DNA of 64,000 nt from the NCBI GenBank assembly GCA_947446285.1, contig CANFGH010000001.1, positions 4,730 through 68,729 of the forward strand. The letters are read 5' to 3'. A program made the translations under genes and the position numbers. The notes beneath the pieces were generated by a model. The model searched no databases and was not told the DNA's origin. It worked only from the letters and a program-made list of their open reading frames with translations. This document shows positions 27,705-37,327 of this stretch, piece after piece. This stretch comes from Chloroflexota bacterium. Lineage in GTDB: Bacteria > Chloroflexota > UBA11872 > UBA12225. Within the stretch, counting starts at the first letter, position 1. Each line of letters opens with the position of its first letter.

Positions 27705-28723
27705 GGGTGGCGGCAGACCACCGGCTAAAATCCGTAGCGATGGGGTTGCGTGCCGTTCACTCCGATGCGTCGCCGACACCCCCTTCCGCGGGTGGTCCGA
27801 GTGGGCATCCGGTTGCGTTCGATCGAGACGTCCAGGTTGCCCTGTCGACCGGTTCGGCCTACACCCACGGCCTATCGCGCGTCTTCGAGATGGCCGGTCA
27901 GGCTGGGTATCACGGGGTCGAGGTCATCGTGGATGAACGGTGGGACACCCGGCAGGCGCGCTACCTCGCCCGGCTGACATCCGAGACCGGGGTGCCTGTC
28001 CTGAGTGTGCACGGGCCATTCCCGAAGGCCCGCATCGCCGGATGGCCCTCCGATGAGATCGGCCGGGTCAAGCAGGCCGTCCGCCTCTGTGAGGATGTCG
28101 GTGCTCGGACGCTCAACGTGCATGTTCCCGAACGCTTCAGGGTTGCAACCGTTCAGGGGTTCGGACGTCAGATTCATGTGCCTTTGCCCGGTGCTTCGGC
28201 ATCCATGCGACGATTTGCCTCCTGGCTGACTAATGGCGGACTTGATCTCCTGCAAGTTTCGACGACGGTCGCCGTCGTCGTGGAAAACATGCCGTTGCGA
28301 ACCGTGCTCGGGCGCAGGCTCGACATGCACGTCCTGAACGACTGGGCCTCCCTTGGGGGCTTCTCGCGGGTCTGTCTCGACACCACCCACGCCGGCACGA
28401 CCGGTGATGATCTCCTGGAAGTTGCCTCCCGGCTCGGTGGCCGGATTGCGCACGTCCACCTCTCCGACTTTGACGGGCGTAACCAGCACTTGCCCCCGGG
28501 ACGCGGACACCTGCCGCTTGAACCATTTGTCCGGTGGCTTGGCCGACGGCACTACCGGGGTGTCCTCGTTGTCGAACTGACCCCGCATGCGTTGCCCGCC
28601 CAGGACGATGCACGGTTGGTTGCCGAGTTCACCAAGGCGCGGGAGTTCTGCGTGACCAATTACCGCGCTGGGGCGATGGTCGATGCCGGTTCCGTCAGTG
28701 CCCAAGCAGGAAACGGCCGATGA
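27701..28723 (+). CDS. Sugar-phosphate isomerase/epimerase / AP endonuclease 2-type TIM barrel
   Basis: GVEV, SVHGP, VVENMP, CLDTTH, HVHLSD, HLPPG and VVEL metal motifs; true start may be downstream. Confidence 0.8.
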   Translation: MRVAADHRLKSVAMGLRAVHSDASPTPPSAGGPSGHPVAFDRDVQVALSTGSAYTHGLSRVFEMAGQAGYHGVEVIVDERWDTRQARYLARLTSETGVPVLSVHGPFPKARIAGWPSDEIGRVKQAVRLCEDVGARTLNVHVPERFRVATVQGFGRQIHVPLPGASASMRRFASWLTNGGLDLLQVSTTVAVVVENMPLRTVLGRRLDMHVLNDWASLGGFSRVCLDTTHAGTTGDDLLEVASRLGGRIAHVHLSDFDGRNQHLPPGRGHLPLEPFVRWLGRRHYRGVLVVELTPHALPAQDDARLVAEFTKAREFCVTNYRAGAMVDAGSVSAQAGNGR

Positions 28724-29649
28724 CAAGCGTGACCTCCGGCACCCAAGGACATGCGGTAGCCGATGCCCTGATTGGCAAGCTTGCCTGTGTTGCGTGCGGG
28801 TCATCGATCAGCCGAATGACCGAAGGGGCGCCCGGTTCCGCCCAGGTCGCGTTGGCTTGCCGCACGTGTTCGGCGCGCTATCCGGTGATCGACGGCATCC
28901 CGGTCCTGCTTCCAGGCGAGACCACCGACTGGGCTCGACTGCAACGTGACCTCTACGACGCGGTTGCACCCCATTACGACGGAACGATTCCTGCGCATGT
29001 CAACCGGCACTACCGCGCCAAGCGGGTTGGTGTGGTGCGACGTCTCGCGCCCTATCACGGCGAGGTGCTCGATGTGGGATGCGGGACTGGGGCCTTCGCC
29101 GGTGCCCTTCGTACCCTTGGATACGAGACCTACGGCGTGGACGCCTCCCTTGGCATGCTGACTGAGGCGTCTCGCGATGGACGTGCGGAAGTGGTCGTCG
29201 GTCGGGGCGAACGGTTGCCATTCCAGCGGGGATCATTCGACCTGGCTATCACCATCGCCACGCTCCATCACATAACCGACCCGGTCCGCATCGCCAGGAC
29301 ACTCGCCGAGATGCTTCGCGTGGTGCGGCCCGGAGGCATGGTTGTCGTGTGGGATCACAATCCCAAGAACCCGTACTGGCCATACCTGATGAAGCGACTG
29401 CCGCAGGACACTGGCGAGGAACGCCTCATTCCCCTGGAAGAGGTAGTCGCGGCCCTCGAGGGCGGTGGTGGGGTTTCGATCAGGTCATTCCGTTCCGGAC
29501 TGGTGCCTGAGTTCGCACCCGCATGGCTTCTGGGCGGATTCCAACTCGCGGAAGCGGTCGTCGAACACCTGCCTCTGGTGAATATCCTGTGTGCCCACAA
29601 TGTCGTCATCGCGCAGGTTCCGACCGACGGGCCTGCACGGGTGCGCTAG
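28720..29649 (+). CDS. Class I SAM-dependent methyltransferase with N-terminal Trm112-like zinc ribbon
   Basis: LACVAC...LACRTCSARYPVIDGIPVLL, then VLDVGCGTG, GVDAS, LPFQRGSFD, EMLRVVRPGG; ATGA overlap with the upstream gene. Confidence 0.85.
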   Translation: MTSVTSGTQGHAVADALIGKLACVACGSSISRMTEGAPGSAQVALACRTCSARYPVIDGIPVLLPGETTDWARLQRDLYDAVAPHYDGTIPAHVNRHYRAKRVGVVRRLAPYHGEVLDVGCGTGAFAGALRTLGYETYGVDASLGMLTEASRDGRAEVVVGRGERLPFQRGSFDLAITIATLHHITDPVRIARTLAEMLRVVRPGGMVVVWDHNPKNPYWPYLMKRLPQDTGEERLIPLEEVVAALEGGGGVSIRSFRSGLVPEFAPAWLLGGFQLAEAVVEHLPLVNILCAHNVVIAQVPTDGPARVR

Positions 29650-29650
29650 T

Positions 29651-32323
29651 GTGACGCGAGATCCAGCTCCCTCGCGAACGAGGCTTCCCGATGATGATCC
29701 GCGGACGAATTCCCGTGGCAATCGTGAGATGTTTCCCTTGCTTGCCCGCCGTGGTGGTGGCCGTGGTGCACGCGCCACCGAGCCATTGAAGGCGTTCCGC
29801 CGGGTGACAGATGTCCAGCCGGTGTCCGTGGGTGAGGAGGTCGTGTCGCTTCCCCGAACGTTCACCGCCCGTCGGATCGCGCTTGGTGTGTTGTGGTTCA
29901 CGCGTCTGACGGTCAAGATGGTCATCTGTGTCTCGATGATCGTGGGAAGCCTCGGGGGTGCCGCAATGGTTGCCTGGGGAATTGTCCGGCTACCCGACCA
30001 CCCGGATGCCGACATCTCGCATTTCATGCACTGGACGCGGGTGATCGCGGTACGTGGGATGGATCAGGCCTACGCCGGCGTCTACCCCGAAACCTACCTG
30101 ATCTATCCACCTGGTTCGGCGTGGGTCTATCGCGGTGCCATCGAACTGGCGCGGACGGTTCCGCGCCCGGACGACCTGTCGCCTCCGCCCTTTGCCGTCG
30201 AGGTCATGACCTACCTCACGAACCTGGCTCCACCAACCGTCCAGACCGATCCGGGTGAAGAGCCGAGCCCCTCACCCAATCCACCGGGCGAGCCTGATGC
30301 TACCGAGGGTGGCGCCGTCCCGGCTTCTCCGGGGATGGAAGTCACCTCGCCGGACGTACCTGCGACCGCGAACGGTGAGACCGTCATCGTGCCCATGACG
30401 CCCCCGGCAACTGTCGCTCCGGTTGCCCCTGCGGTCGTGGCTGATAAGCCTCCGGTGAGTGCCGCAGCGACCGGTGCCGAGGTCGTGCCCGCAGCCATCG
30501 CGGAGGTCCCAACCCCGTCCGACCCGCCACCTGACCAAGGTGCTCCGTCCGTGCCCGACGCCGGTGCGCCCGGGGATGCTCCCCCGGAGGACAGCCTGCC
30601 AACCCCCGTGACCGAAGGGGCTCCGGTGCAGTACCGGCCCGGCGGACGCGGATCGGTGGTCCGTTTGGCGTACCCGCGTGATCAGGGCCCGTCCTTCAGG
30701 GAAGGCGAAGGTGCCCCTCCCCCGGAGGCCGGTGGGCCGGTGGACCCCCCTCCCCCTGCACCCGCCATGATCGTTCGTCCGCCCGGGGTGAAAGTCGTGC
30801 CGGGCATTGATGACGCATGGTTGCGCGTCTGCGTCAAACTCATGCCCGTTGCCGGACACTTTGCCCTGGCACTCACGATCTTTGCCTTGGTTGCCGGCGC
30901 CTCCCGCACGTTCTGGCGTGGCTGGTTTGCGATGACCGTGTACGTGTGGAACCCTGCCGCCCTCTTCGACACGGGGTACTGGGGGCAGGGCGACACCCTT
31001 CACACCTACCTGCTTGCGTTTGCGACGGGTGTCCTCTTCGCGGTCCCCTCATGGTGGCCGCTGCGTCACCGCGGCCAATGGCGGTGGTTGCCCCAGTTCA
31101 TCGTTCCGATCACCGGAGGCATTGCCGGCGGGTTGACCGCCGCGGCCATGCTCACGAAGCCCCAGGCCTGGGTCTACCTGCCGTTCGTCTTGTGGATTGC
31201 CTGGCGCCGGGTTGGTCCAATCGGACTGGCGGCCTTCGGAATGGCCGCGGTCATCGTTGCCACGTTCATCGTGAAACCCTGGCAGGATGCCGGCACGCTT
31301 GGTGATGCATTCACGGTTTTTGCCGCGCTCACGCAAGTGATGCCATCGGTTTCGGCCAATGGTCACAACTTGTGGTGGCTCAAGCTTGGACCAGGTGCGC
31401 TCGCCGTCTTCGATTCCCTGCCCGTCGGAGGGATCGGGCCGATTCTCCTGCCTGGACACCTTACCTTCGCCACGGCTGGACGCCTCGCTTTCGGTGCATT
31501 CGCCCTTTTTGCCGCGCTACGGCTTACGGGGCCACTCAACCTGCGTGTGGTGCTTGCCTCGCATGCCTATCTCGCGAGTGCCTACTTCATGACCATCACG
31601 CAGGTCCACGAAAATCATCAATTTGCGGCGGTGCCATTCCTGGCCGCCGCCGCTGCCCTTGACCTGGCCTTCCTTCCCATTTTCCTCGCGACCTCGATCG
31701 CCAGCTTCGTCAACATGGCCGTCCATGATTTCCTGTGGGGCGAGCCCATGACAGCGCTGATCCTCGCCGAGTTTCCCTGGCTAGCCCGGTGGGGAATCGT
31801 TGACGGGCCGACGCTCCAGATGGCGAATGCGTGGTTCAACGTGAGCACCTTCGGCCTTTTCTCAGTGATCTTCCTGTTCCGGCCAACCACACCGTCCCAG
31901 TCTTCCCGGTATCTGGCGTGGCGTGCCCGCCTCACGATGCTTGCCGGTCTTGCCTTGGCCGGTGGCGCGTGCGGGGCACTGTGGGTCCTGACCCATGACC
32001 CGGTTTCCGTGGCGGCGATGTGGCAGGCATTCGCGATCGGCGCTCGGGCGGCGCCACTCATGGAAGCGCATCTCGGGTTCGTTACCACCCTGGATGCACG
32101 CCTCGGACGCGCTGCCGTCGAATTCATCAACATCTACTATTTGCTTGGAACCGTCGCGGTGGTGGTGGGAACACTGGCGGCCGGTGCCGGTGCCGTGTGG
32201 GCCCTTGGTTCCGTCTGGCGGGGTTTCCAGGAACGGCGCGACGAGGAAATCGTGCGCAAGGCCATGCGACTGAACCAAGTGATCAGTCTTGACGATGCGG
32301 ACGCAGACGAAATACTGATCTAG
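29651..32323 (+). CDS. GT-C fold polyprenyl-phosphate-sugar glycosyltransferase-like membrane protein with a large Pro/Ala-rich insertion
   Basis: DISHFMHW...YLIYPPGS, WNPAALFDTGYWGQGDT, LTKPQA, SANGHNLWW, QVHENH and many TM helices. Start uncertain (GTG 29651 or ATG further in). Confidence 0.65.
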   Translation: MTRDPAPSRTRLPDDDPRTNSRGNREMFPLLARRGGGRGARATEPLKAFRRVTDVQPVSVGEEVVSLPRTFTARRIALGVLWFTRLTVKMVICVSMIVGSLGGAAMVAWGIVRLPDHPDADISHFMHWTRVIAVRGMDQAYAGVYPETYLIYPPGSAWVYRGAIELARTVPRPDDLSPPPFAVEVMTYLTNLAPPTVQTDPGEEPSPSPNPPGEPDATEGGAVPASPGMEVTSPDVPATANGETVIVPMTPPATVAPVAPAVVADKPPVSAAATGAEVVPAAIAEVPTPSDPPPDQGAPSVPDAGAPGDAPPEDSLPTPVTEGAPVQYRPGGRGSVVRLAYPRDQGPSFREGEGAPPPEAGGPVDPPPPAPAMIVRPPGVKVVPGIDDAWLRVCVKLMPVAGHFALALTIFALVAGASRTFWRGWFAMTVYVWNPAALFDTGYWGQGDTLHTYLLAFATGVLFAVPSWWPLRHRGQWRWLPQFIVPITGGIAGGLTAAAMLTKPQAWVYLPFVLWIAWRRVGPIGLAAFGMAAVIVATFIVKPWQDAGTLGDAFTVFAALTQVMPSVSANGHNLWWLKLGPGALAVFDSLPVGGIGPILLPGHLTFATAGRLAFGAFALFAALRLTGPLNLRVVLASHAYLASAYFMTITQVHENHQFAAVPFLAAAAALDLAFLPIFLATSIASFVNMAVHDFLWGEPMTALILAEFPWLARWGIVDGPTLQMANAWFNVSTFGLFSVIFLFRPTTPSQSSRYLAWRARLTMLAGLALAGGACGALWVLTHDPVSVAAMWQAFAIGARAAPLMEAHLGFVTTLDARLGRAAVEFINIYYLLGTVAVVVGTLAAGAGAVWALGSVWRGFQERRDEEIVRKAMRLNQVISLDDADADEILI

Positions 32324-32354
32324 CGCGTGTTGGCGTACGGAGGATGGTCCCGCG

Positions 32355-33257
32355 ATGACTGCGGTCAGTGTGCCTCCCCCAACGGCCGGCCGGAACAAGG
32401 TCGCCGTGTTTCTCGAGGCAATCAAGTTCGAACATACGATCTTTGCCCTTCCGTTCGCGTACCTTGGGATGGTTCTCGCAGCCCGCGGACTGCCCAGTTT
32501 CGCGCAGTTCGCGTGGATCACGGTGGCGATGGCGTCGGCCCGGACCTTCGCCATGACGCTCAACCGCCTCATTGACCGCCAGATTGATTCGCGCAATCCG
32601 CGTACCGCGGGACGTGCCCTGCAGCGTGGCCACCTGTCAGTCCGCGATATGTCGCTCGCTGCCGTGGTTTCCGGGATTGCCCTTGCGATCGCGGCCTCGC
32701 AACTCAACGACCTGTGCCTGATCCTGATGCCCGGCGCCGTCGTTCTCCTGACGGTCTATTCATTCACCAAGCGGTTCACGTGGCTGTGCCACTTCGTCCT
32801 GGGTTGCTCGATCGCCCTTGCACCCATCGGCGCGTGGGTCGGTGTCACCGGTGCCGTGACGACCGAACCACTTCTGCTGGGACTTGCCGTGGTCTTCTGG
32901 CTCGCGGGTTTTGACATCATCTATGCGTGTCAAGATATTGATGTCGACCGGCAGCAGGGGCTGTTCTCGATCCCCTCCCGGTTCGGCCTCGCTCGGGGCC
33001 TCCAGATCGCTCGCGCCTGTCACGTGATCACGATCCTGTGCTTTGGTGCGGTCGGAGTCGTGAGCGGCTCAGGGGTGACCTACTGGGTCGGCGTGGTGGG
33101 AGCGGCTGGACTGCTCATCTATGAACACTCGATCGTGTCCCCCGACGATCTCTCGAAGATGAACATTGCGTTCTTTAACATAAACGGCTTTCTGGCCGTC
33201 GCACTCTTCCTGATGACGTCTGGTGACTTGCTTGTGGGGTGGTTCTTCGGTCGGTAG
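32355..33257 (+). CDS. ubiA: UbiA-family prenyltransferase (MqnP-like, quinone biosynthesis)
   Basis: IKFEHTIFALPF, NRLIDRQIDSRNPRTAGR, YSFTKRFT, GFDIIYACQDIDVD. Confidence 0.9.
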   Translation: MTAVSVPPPTAGRNKVAVFLEAIKFEHTIFALPFAYLGMVLAARGLPSFAQFAWITVAMASARTFAMTLNRLIDRQIDSRNPRTAGRALQRGHLSVRDMSLAAVVSGIALAIAASQLNDLCLILMPGAVVLLTVYSFTKRFTWLCHFVLGCSIALAPIGAWVGVTGAVTTEPLLLGLAVVFWLAGFDIIYACQDIDVDRQQGLFSIPSRFGLARGLQIARACHVITILCFGAVGVVSGSGVTYWVGVVGAAGLLIYEHSIVSPDDLSKMNIAFFNINGFLAVALFLMTSGDLLVGWFFGR

Positions 33258-33281
33258 GCCGGAACCGGAAGGCGACAACCC

Positions 33282-33890
33282 ATGGCCGCGCGACCGCCAG
33301 TCATCATCGGCATCACCGGTGCAAGCGGACACCTGCTTGCCCGACTTCTCGTCGATGAACTCCAGGAATACGGATATCCAGTCATCCTTGTGGCCACGCC
33401 TGCGGGACAGCGTGTCTGGCGGGAGGAACTCGATGTCGACCTTGCGGTGAGTGCTGCCGGATGGCGCGACCGTGGCATGGTCACGACGTACCCGGTTGGT
33501 GACATCGGCGCACCGATCGCCAGTGGCGGCCTGAACACGGCTGGCATGATTGTCGTGCCGTGCAGCATGGGAACGCTTTCGGGGATTGCGACCGGTGCGT
33601 CAGGAAATCTCCTCGAACGCGCCGCTGATGTGACCCTGAAGGAATATCGGGTACTCACCCTGATCCCGCGCGAGACACCGCTTCATGCGATCCATCTGGA
33701 AAACTTGCTCAAGTTATCTCGCATGGGCGTGCGCATCGTCCCGCCGATCCCGGCCTTCTATCTGAAACCGCACACTGTTGAAGAGGCGATGCGCCAACTC
33801 GTGCCCCGGATCCTCGCCGTGCACGGCATTGCGGAGGCGCGTGACGAACCGTCGGCCTACGTCCCGGCTTCCCCCCATAGTGCTCCCTGA
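33282..33890 (+). CDS. ubiX: Flavin prenyltransferase UbiX
   Basis: IIGITGASG, IGAPIASG, PCSMGTLSGIATG, LLERAADVTLKE, PRETPL, PPIPAFY. Confidence 0.95.
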   Translation: MAARPPVIIGITGASGHLLARLLVDELQEYGYPVILVATPAGQRVWREELDVDLAVSAAGWRDRGMVTTYPVGDIGAPIASGGLNTAGMIVVPCSMGTLSGIATGASGNLLERAADVTLKEYRVLTLIPRETPLHAIHLENLLKLSRMGVRIVPPIPAFYLKPHTVEEAMRQLVPRILAVHGIAEARDEPSAYVPASPHSAP

Positions 33891-33942
33891 TGGCCAGGTC
33901 CACAGGTGCATCCCCAGCGCACCCGTCCGGGGCTTGCGGACG

Positions 33943-34390
33943 TCACCGGGTTGGGAACGTGAGGACGCGCGACGCAAAGGTTGCGTAGGGAGGCGACCGC
34001 GACGGCATCGCAGCTATCGGCCCCTGATAGAGAACCGGGGGCATCTTGGAGAAGGTCGTGACGCTCTCGCGACCGTGATGGTGACCCATGCCAGACGCGC
34101 CCACCCCTGCGAACGGCAGATCGTGCTGGGCGACATGCAGGAGGGCGTGGTTGCCAGGTGCGCCCCCGGACTTCACGCGGTCTACAAGCCGTTGGGCCAC
34201 AGACTGATCATCGGTGATGGGTAGCGAGCGAGCGGGCGCCGACCGGCGATCATCGTGGGTTCCACGTCGTCGAGGTTGGTGGAGCCGATCACCGGCAGGA
34301 TTGGCCCGAAGAGTTCCCGCGTCATCACATCCGCGTCATCGCATCCGCGTCCGCGGGGCGTCCGCGGGGGCGTTCAGAACGAGGGGTGGT
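33943..34390 (-). pseudogene. Frameshifted C-terminal remnant of an aldehyde dehydrogenase
   Basis: Fragments in different frames: PLVLNAPADA, VMTRELFGPILPV...RPLA, and SGG...LPFAGVGASGMGHHHG...TFSK. A 14-nt tandem duplication at 34317-34344 breaks the frame, and the N-terminal two-thirds is absent. Confidence 0.75.
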
Positions 34391-34544
34391 GCGAACTTTC
34401 GGGTCGTCGCATTCCAGGATCGACCTGTCAGCAGCCCCGGGTTGTGCGACTTGTCGCGTTACCCCGCTTCAACGCACGGCGCGGGATATCCTGCCACTGC
34501 ACCGCACGACCGTGAGTGGCGTGTGGAACGGAGAGGGAAGCGAC

Positions 34545-35390
34545 GTGGAACTTGGGATCTCGAGTTACTCCTTTCACCGGCTGAACAATGGACCGGAGCG
34601 CAATGATCCGATCCCCGCAATCGAGTCGATGATTGATCGCACCGCCGCGCTTGGATGCAATGGTTTCGAGGTCCTTGGCGTGCACATGCCGTCGACGGAT
34701 CGAGTGTACCTCAACGGGTTGAAGCTGCATGCCCTGCACGCCGGGGTCCACTTCCTGTCGGTCTCGGCCCACCATGACTTCGTCAAGACGACCGCCAACG
34801 AACGTCACGAACAGGTCGGCATTGTCAACAAGTACATCGAGGTCGCGGCCCAGGTTGGTGCCCCCGTCGTGCGTGTCTTTGGCGGACGGTGGCGGACAGT
34901 GACCGACTTCTCGGACTACATGGCGCGCCGTGGACACGAACCGCCGGTGCCCGGGTACACCGAAGACGACGCTTGGGGCTGGATCTTCGAGTCGTTTGCC
35001 GAGTGCTTGAAGACGGCAGAGCGGGAAGGAGTCGTCCTTGCACTGGAGAACCATTGGGGGTTCACGGCAAGCGCTGCCGGGACGTGCCGGATCATCGAGA
35101 CCCTGAACTCGCCATGGTTGAAGGCGATGATCGACACCGGCAACTTCCTTGAAGGGGACCTGTATGCCGAGATCGAGCAGATGGCGCCACACGCCGTCCT
35201 CGTCCAGGCAAAGGCGTACCCGGGTGGTGGGCTGTACTACACGCTTGATCTGGACTATCCGCGCATCCTGGACATCTTCCGCCGGCACGGCTATCGCGGA
35301 TCGCTCAGCCTTGAGATGGAGGGCAATGCCCATCCGGACCAAGGTGTTCCCGAGGCCCTGGCCATGCTTCGCGCCGCCATCGCGCACTGA
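34545..35390 (+). CDS. Sugar-phosphate isomerase/epimerase TIM barrel
   Basis: LGISSYSF, GFEV, VRVFGG, LALENHWG, IDTGNF, VQAK, SLEMEG; GTG 34545 behind a purine-rich RBS. Confidence 0.85.
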   Translation: MELGISSYSFHRLNNGPERNDPIPAIESMIDRTAALGCNGFEVLGVHMPSTDRVYLNGLKLHALHAGVHFLSVSAHHDFVKTTANERHEQVGIVNKYIEVAAQVGAPVVRVFGGRWRTVTDFSDYMARRGHEPPVPGYTEDDAWGWIFESFAECLKTAEREGVVLALENHWGFTASAAGTCRIIETLNSPWLKAMIDTGNFLEGDLYAEIEQMAPHAVLVQAKAYPGGGLYYTLDLDYPRILDIFRRHGYRGSLSLEMEGNAHPDQGVPEALAMLRAAIAH

Positions 35391-35404
35391 GACTTGAGGG
35401 ACCG

Positions 35405-36196
35405 ATGACCATACAACTGGGATGCATGAACCGCCCTTGGGGCAAGTTCACCTTTGACGATGCCCTTGGCGGGATTGCTGCTGCCGGGTTCTCGAATTTT
35501 GGCCTCCTCCTGATGCACGAGGACGCGGTCGTGACCGGTGACACCACACCTGCCGAGGCTGCGGACGTTTCGTCCCGTGTCCGCGCGCATGGGCTTACGA
35601 TACGGATGATCCCCTCGAATGTCCCGTTGGACAAAGGCCACGACGTCGCCATCGCGTACCTCCGGACGATGATCGGACATGCCTCCGCCCTGGACGTCCG
35701 CATCCTGCTTGAGATGGGCTCGAGCCATCCCGAGCGGTATGACGACTACTTCTCGGTCATGCATGCCGCCGCCCCGATTGCGGCTGACCATGGTGTCACG
35801 ATCGCCCTCAAGCCACATGGGGGACTGTCGACGACGAGCGATGACTGCCTCCATGCGATCGAACGGGTTGACCATCCGGCGTACCGCCTGTGCTTCGACC
35901 CCGGCAATCTCCTGTATTACGCGGGCGAACGGCCGGAACCGGCCCTCACCAAACTGGTCAAGTACGTCGTGGCAACCTGCCTGAAGGACGAGACCGGGGG
36001 GAGCGGCCCCACCCGTGCGGTTGACGTGACGGCTGGTGACGGTGACGTGGATTTCCCGACCATCATCGGGACGCTAAAGGCGCATGGGTTCGCCGGGCCG
36101 GCAATTGTCGAGACCCTGGGTCTTGGCACTCTGGAAGAGGTCAACGCCAACGCCTCACGTGCCCATGGATATCTCGCCGGCCTGATTGCCGGCTAG
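35405..36196 (+). CDS. Sugar-phosphate isomerase/epimerase TIM barrel
   Basis: IALKPHGG, CFDPGN, CLKD, GDGDVDF, AIVE. Confidence 0.8.
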   Translation: MTIQLGCMNRPWGKFTFDDALGGIAAAGFSNFGLLLMHEDAVVTGDTTPAEAADVSSRVRAHGLTIRMIPSNVPLDKGHDVAIAYLRTMIGHASALDVRILLEMGSSHPERYDDYFSVMHAAAPIAADHGVTIALKPHGGLSTTSDDCLHAIERVDHPAYRLCFDPGNLLYYAGERPEPALTKLVKYVVATCLKDETGGSGPTRAVDVTAGDGDVDFPTIIGTLKAHGFAGPAIVETLGLGTLEEVNANASRAHGYLAGLIAG

Positions 36197-36242
36197 CACG
36201 CTGTTCCACGCAAACAGGTCCTGACTGGCTTTGGAGAGAGAA

Positions 36243-37259
36243 ATGAGCGAGACACGCACGCTTTCCGTGGGGTTGATCGGCTGCGGCACGATGGGTGGTT
36301 CGCATGCCACGCAATTGGTGACCTTGCCTGAGGTTCGTCTGGCCGTGGCCTGCGACCTGGATATCTCCCGTGCCGAAGCGGTGGCTACCCAAGCTGCCAC
36401 CAAGGGGCAGACCGTCCGGGTGACGACGGACGTGGCGACGGTCCTCGCGGACCCAACCATCGACGGGGTCATCGTGGCAACCCCGAACTTCACCCACAAG
36501 GACGTCGTCCTTGCTGCCCTCGCCGCTGGCAAGGACGTCTTCTGCGAGAAGCCGATGGCGCTGACCCTTGCCGACTGCGACGTGATGATCGCCCGCGCCC
36601 ACGAACTCGGACGCAAGTTGATGGTTGGTCAGGTCCTTCGCCTGATCACCGTGTTTGCGACCGTCCGCCGTCTCGTCAGTGAAGGGACCGTGGGCAAGCC
36701 GTTTGCCGTGCGGATCCTGCGATGTGCACGCCGTGGCGTGGAGGGTCCGTGGGCGGCCACCTGGCGTTCCAAGCGCGCCAATACTGGTGGCCTCCTGCAC
36801 GAGGTCAACGTGCACGAGTTCGACTTCATGCGGTCAATCTTCGGCGAAGTCGCCGAGGTCACCGCCATGGCTGCCAACTTCACCCGGCCCGAATACGACT
36901 ATGAGGATCACGTGATCGTGACCCTCCGGTTCCGGAACGGCGGGCTGGGAGTGCTCGAATCTTCGGTGGCGACGGTCATCGGCGCGACCGAGGGTCTGGT
37001 CACGGGTGATCGTGGAAGCATCTTCTATGACTGGGCGCGCAATCATGTCTCGTACCGTCTCGTTGACGGGACGGAAGTGGAGGTGCCGGTCGAAAGCGAC
37101 GCCGGCCGATCAGTCCAGAGCGAACTGAGCAGCTTTGCCAAATGGATCCTGCACGACGAGGCGCCGGTGGTGACATCCGAGGATGGACGCCGGGCCGTCC
37201 AACTTGCCGAGGCAGCATACGAATCAATAGCGACCGGACGGACTGTTCACCTGCACTGA
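36243..37259 (+). CDS. Gfo/Idh/MocA-family NAD(P)-dependent oxidoreductase
   Basis: VGLIGCGTMG, IVATPNFTH, VFCEKPMA, GGLLHEVNVHEFD. Confidence 0.92.
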   Translation: MSETRTLSVGLIGCGTMGGSHATQLVTLPEVRLAVACDLDISRAEAVATQAATKGQTVRVTTDVATVLADPTIDGVIVATPNFTHKDVVLAALAAGKDVFCEKPMALTLADCDVMIARAHELGRKLMVGQVLRLITVFATVRRLVSEGTVGKPFAVRILRCARRGVEGPWAATWRSKRANTGGLLHEVNVHEFDFMRSIFGEVAEVTAMAANFTRPEYDYEDHVIVTLRFRNGGLGVLESSVATVIGATEGLVTGDRGSIFYDWARNHVSYRLVDGTEVEVPVESDAGRSVQSELSSFAKWILHDEAPVVTSEDGRRAVQLAEAAYESIATGRTVHLH

Positions 37260-37272
37260 CCACGACTGCGTG

Positions 37273-37316
37273 GCGAACACCCCCCTGCGGTCTCCTGGCG
37301 GACGGGGAGTGTTCGC
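37273..37316. terminator. Stem-loop between convergent oxidoreductase genes
   Basis: GCGAACAC/GTGTTCGC arms plus an inner CCCC/GGGG pairing. Confidence 0.55.
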
Positions 37317-37327
37317 GCATGCACACG

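Noticed and set aside
36202-36216. parS-like sequence TGTTCCACGCAAACA
   Set aside because: One base short, breaks the CACGTG core, and is far from parAB; more simply a small intergenic hairpin.
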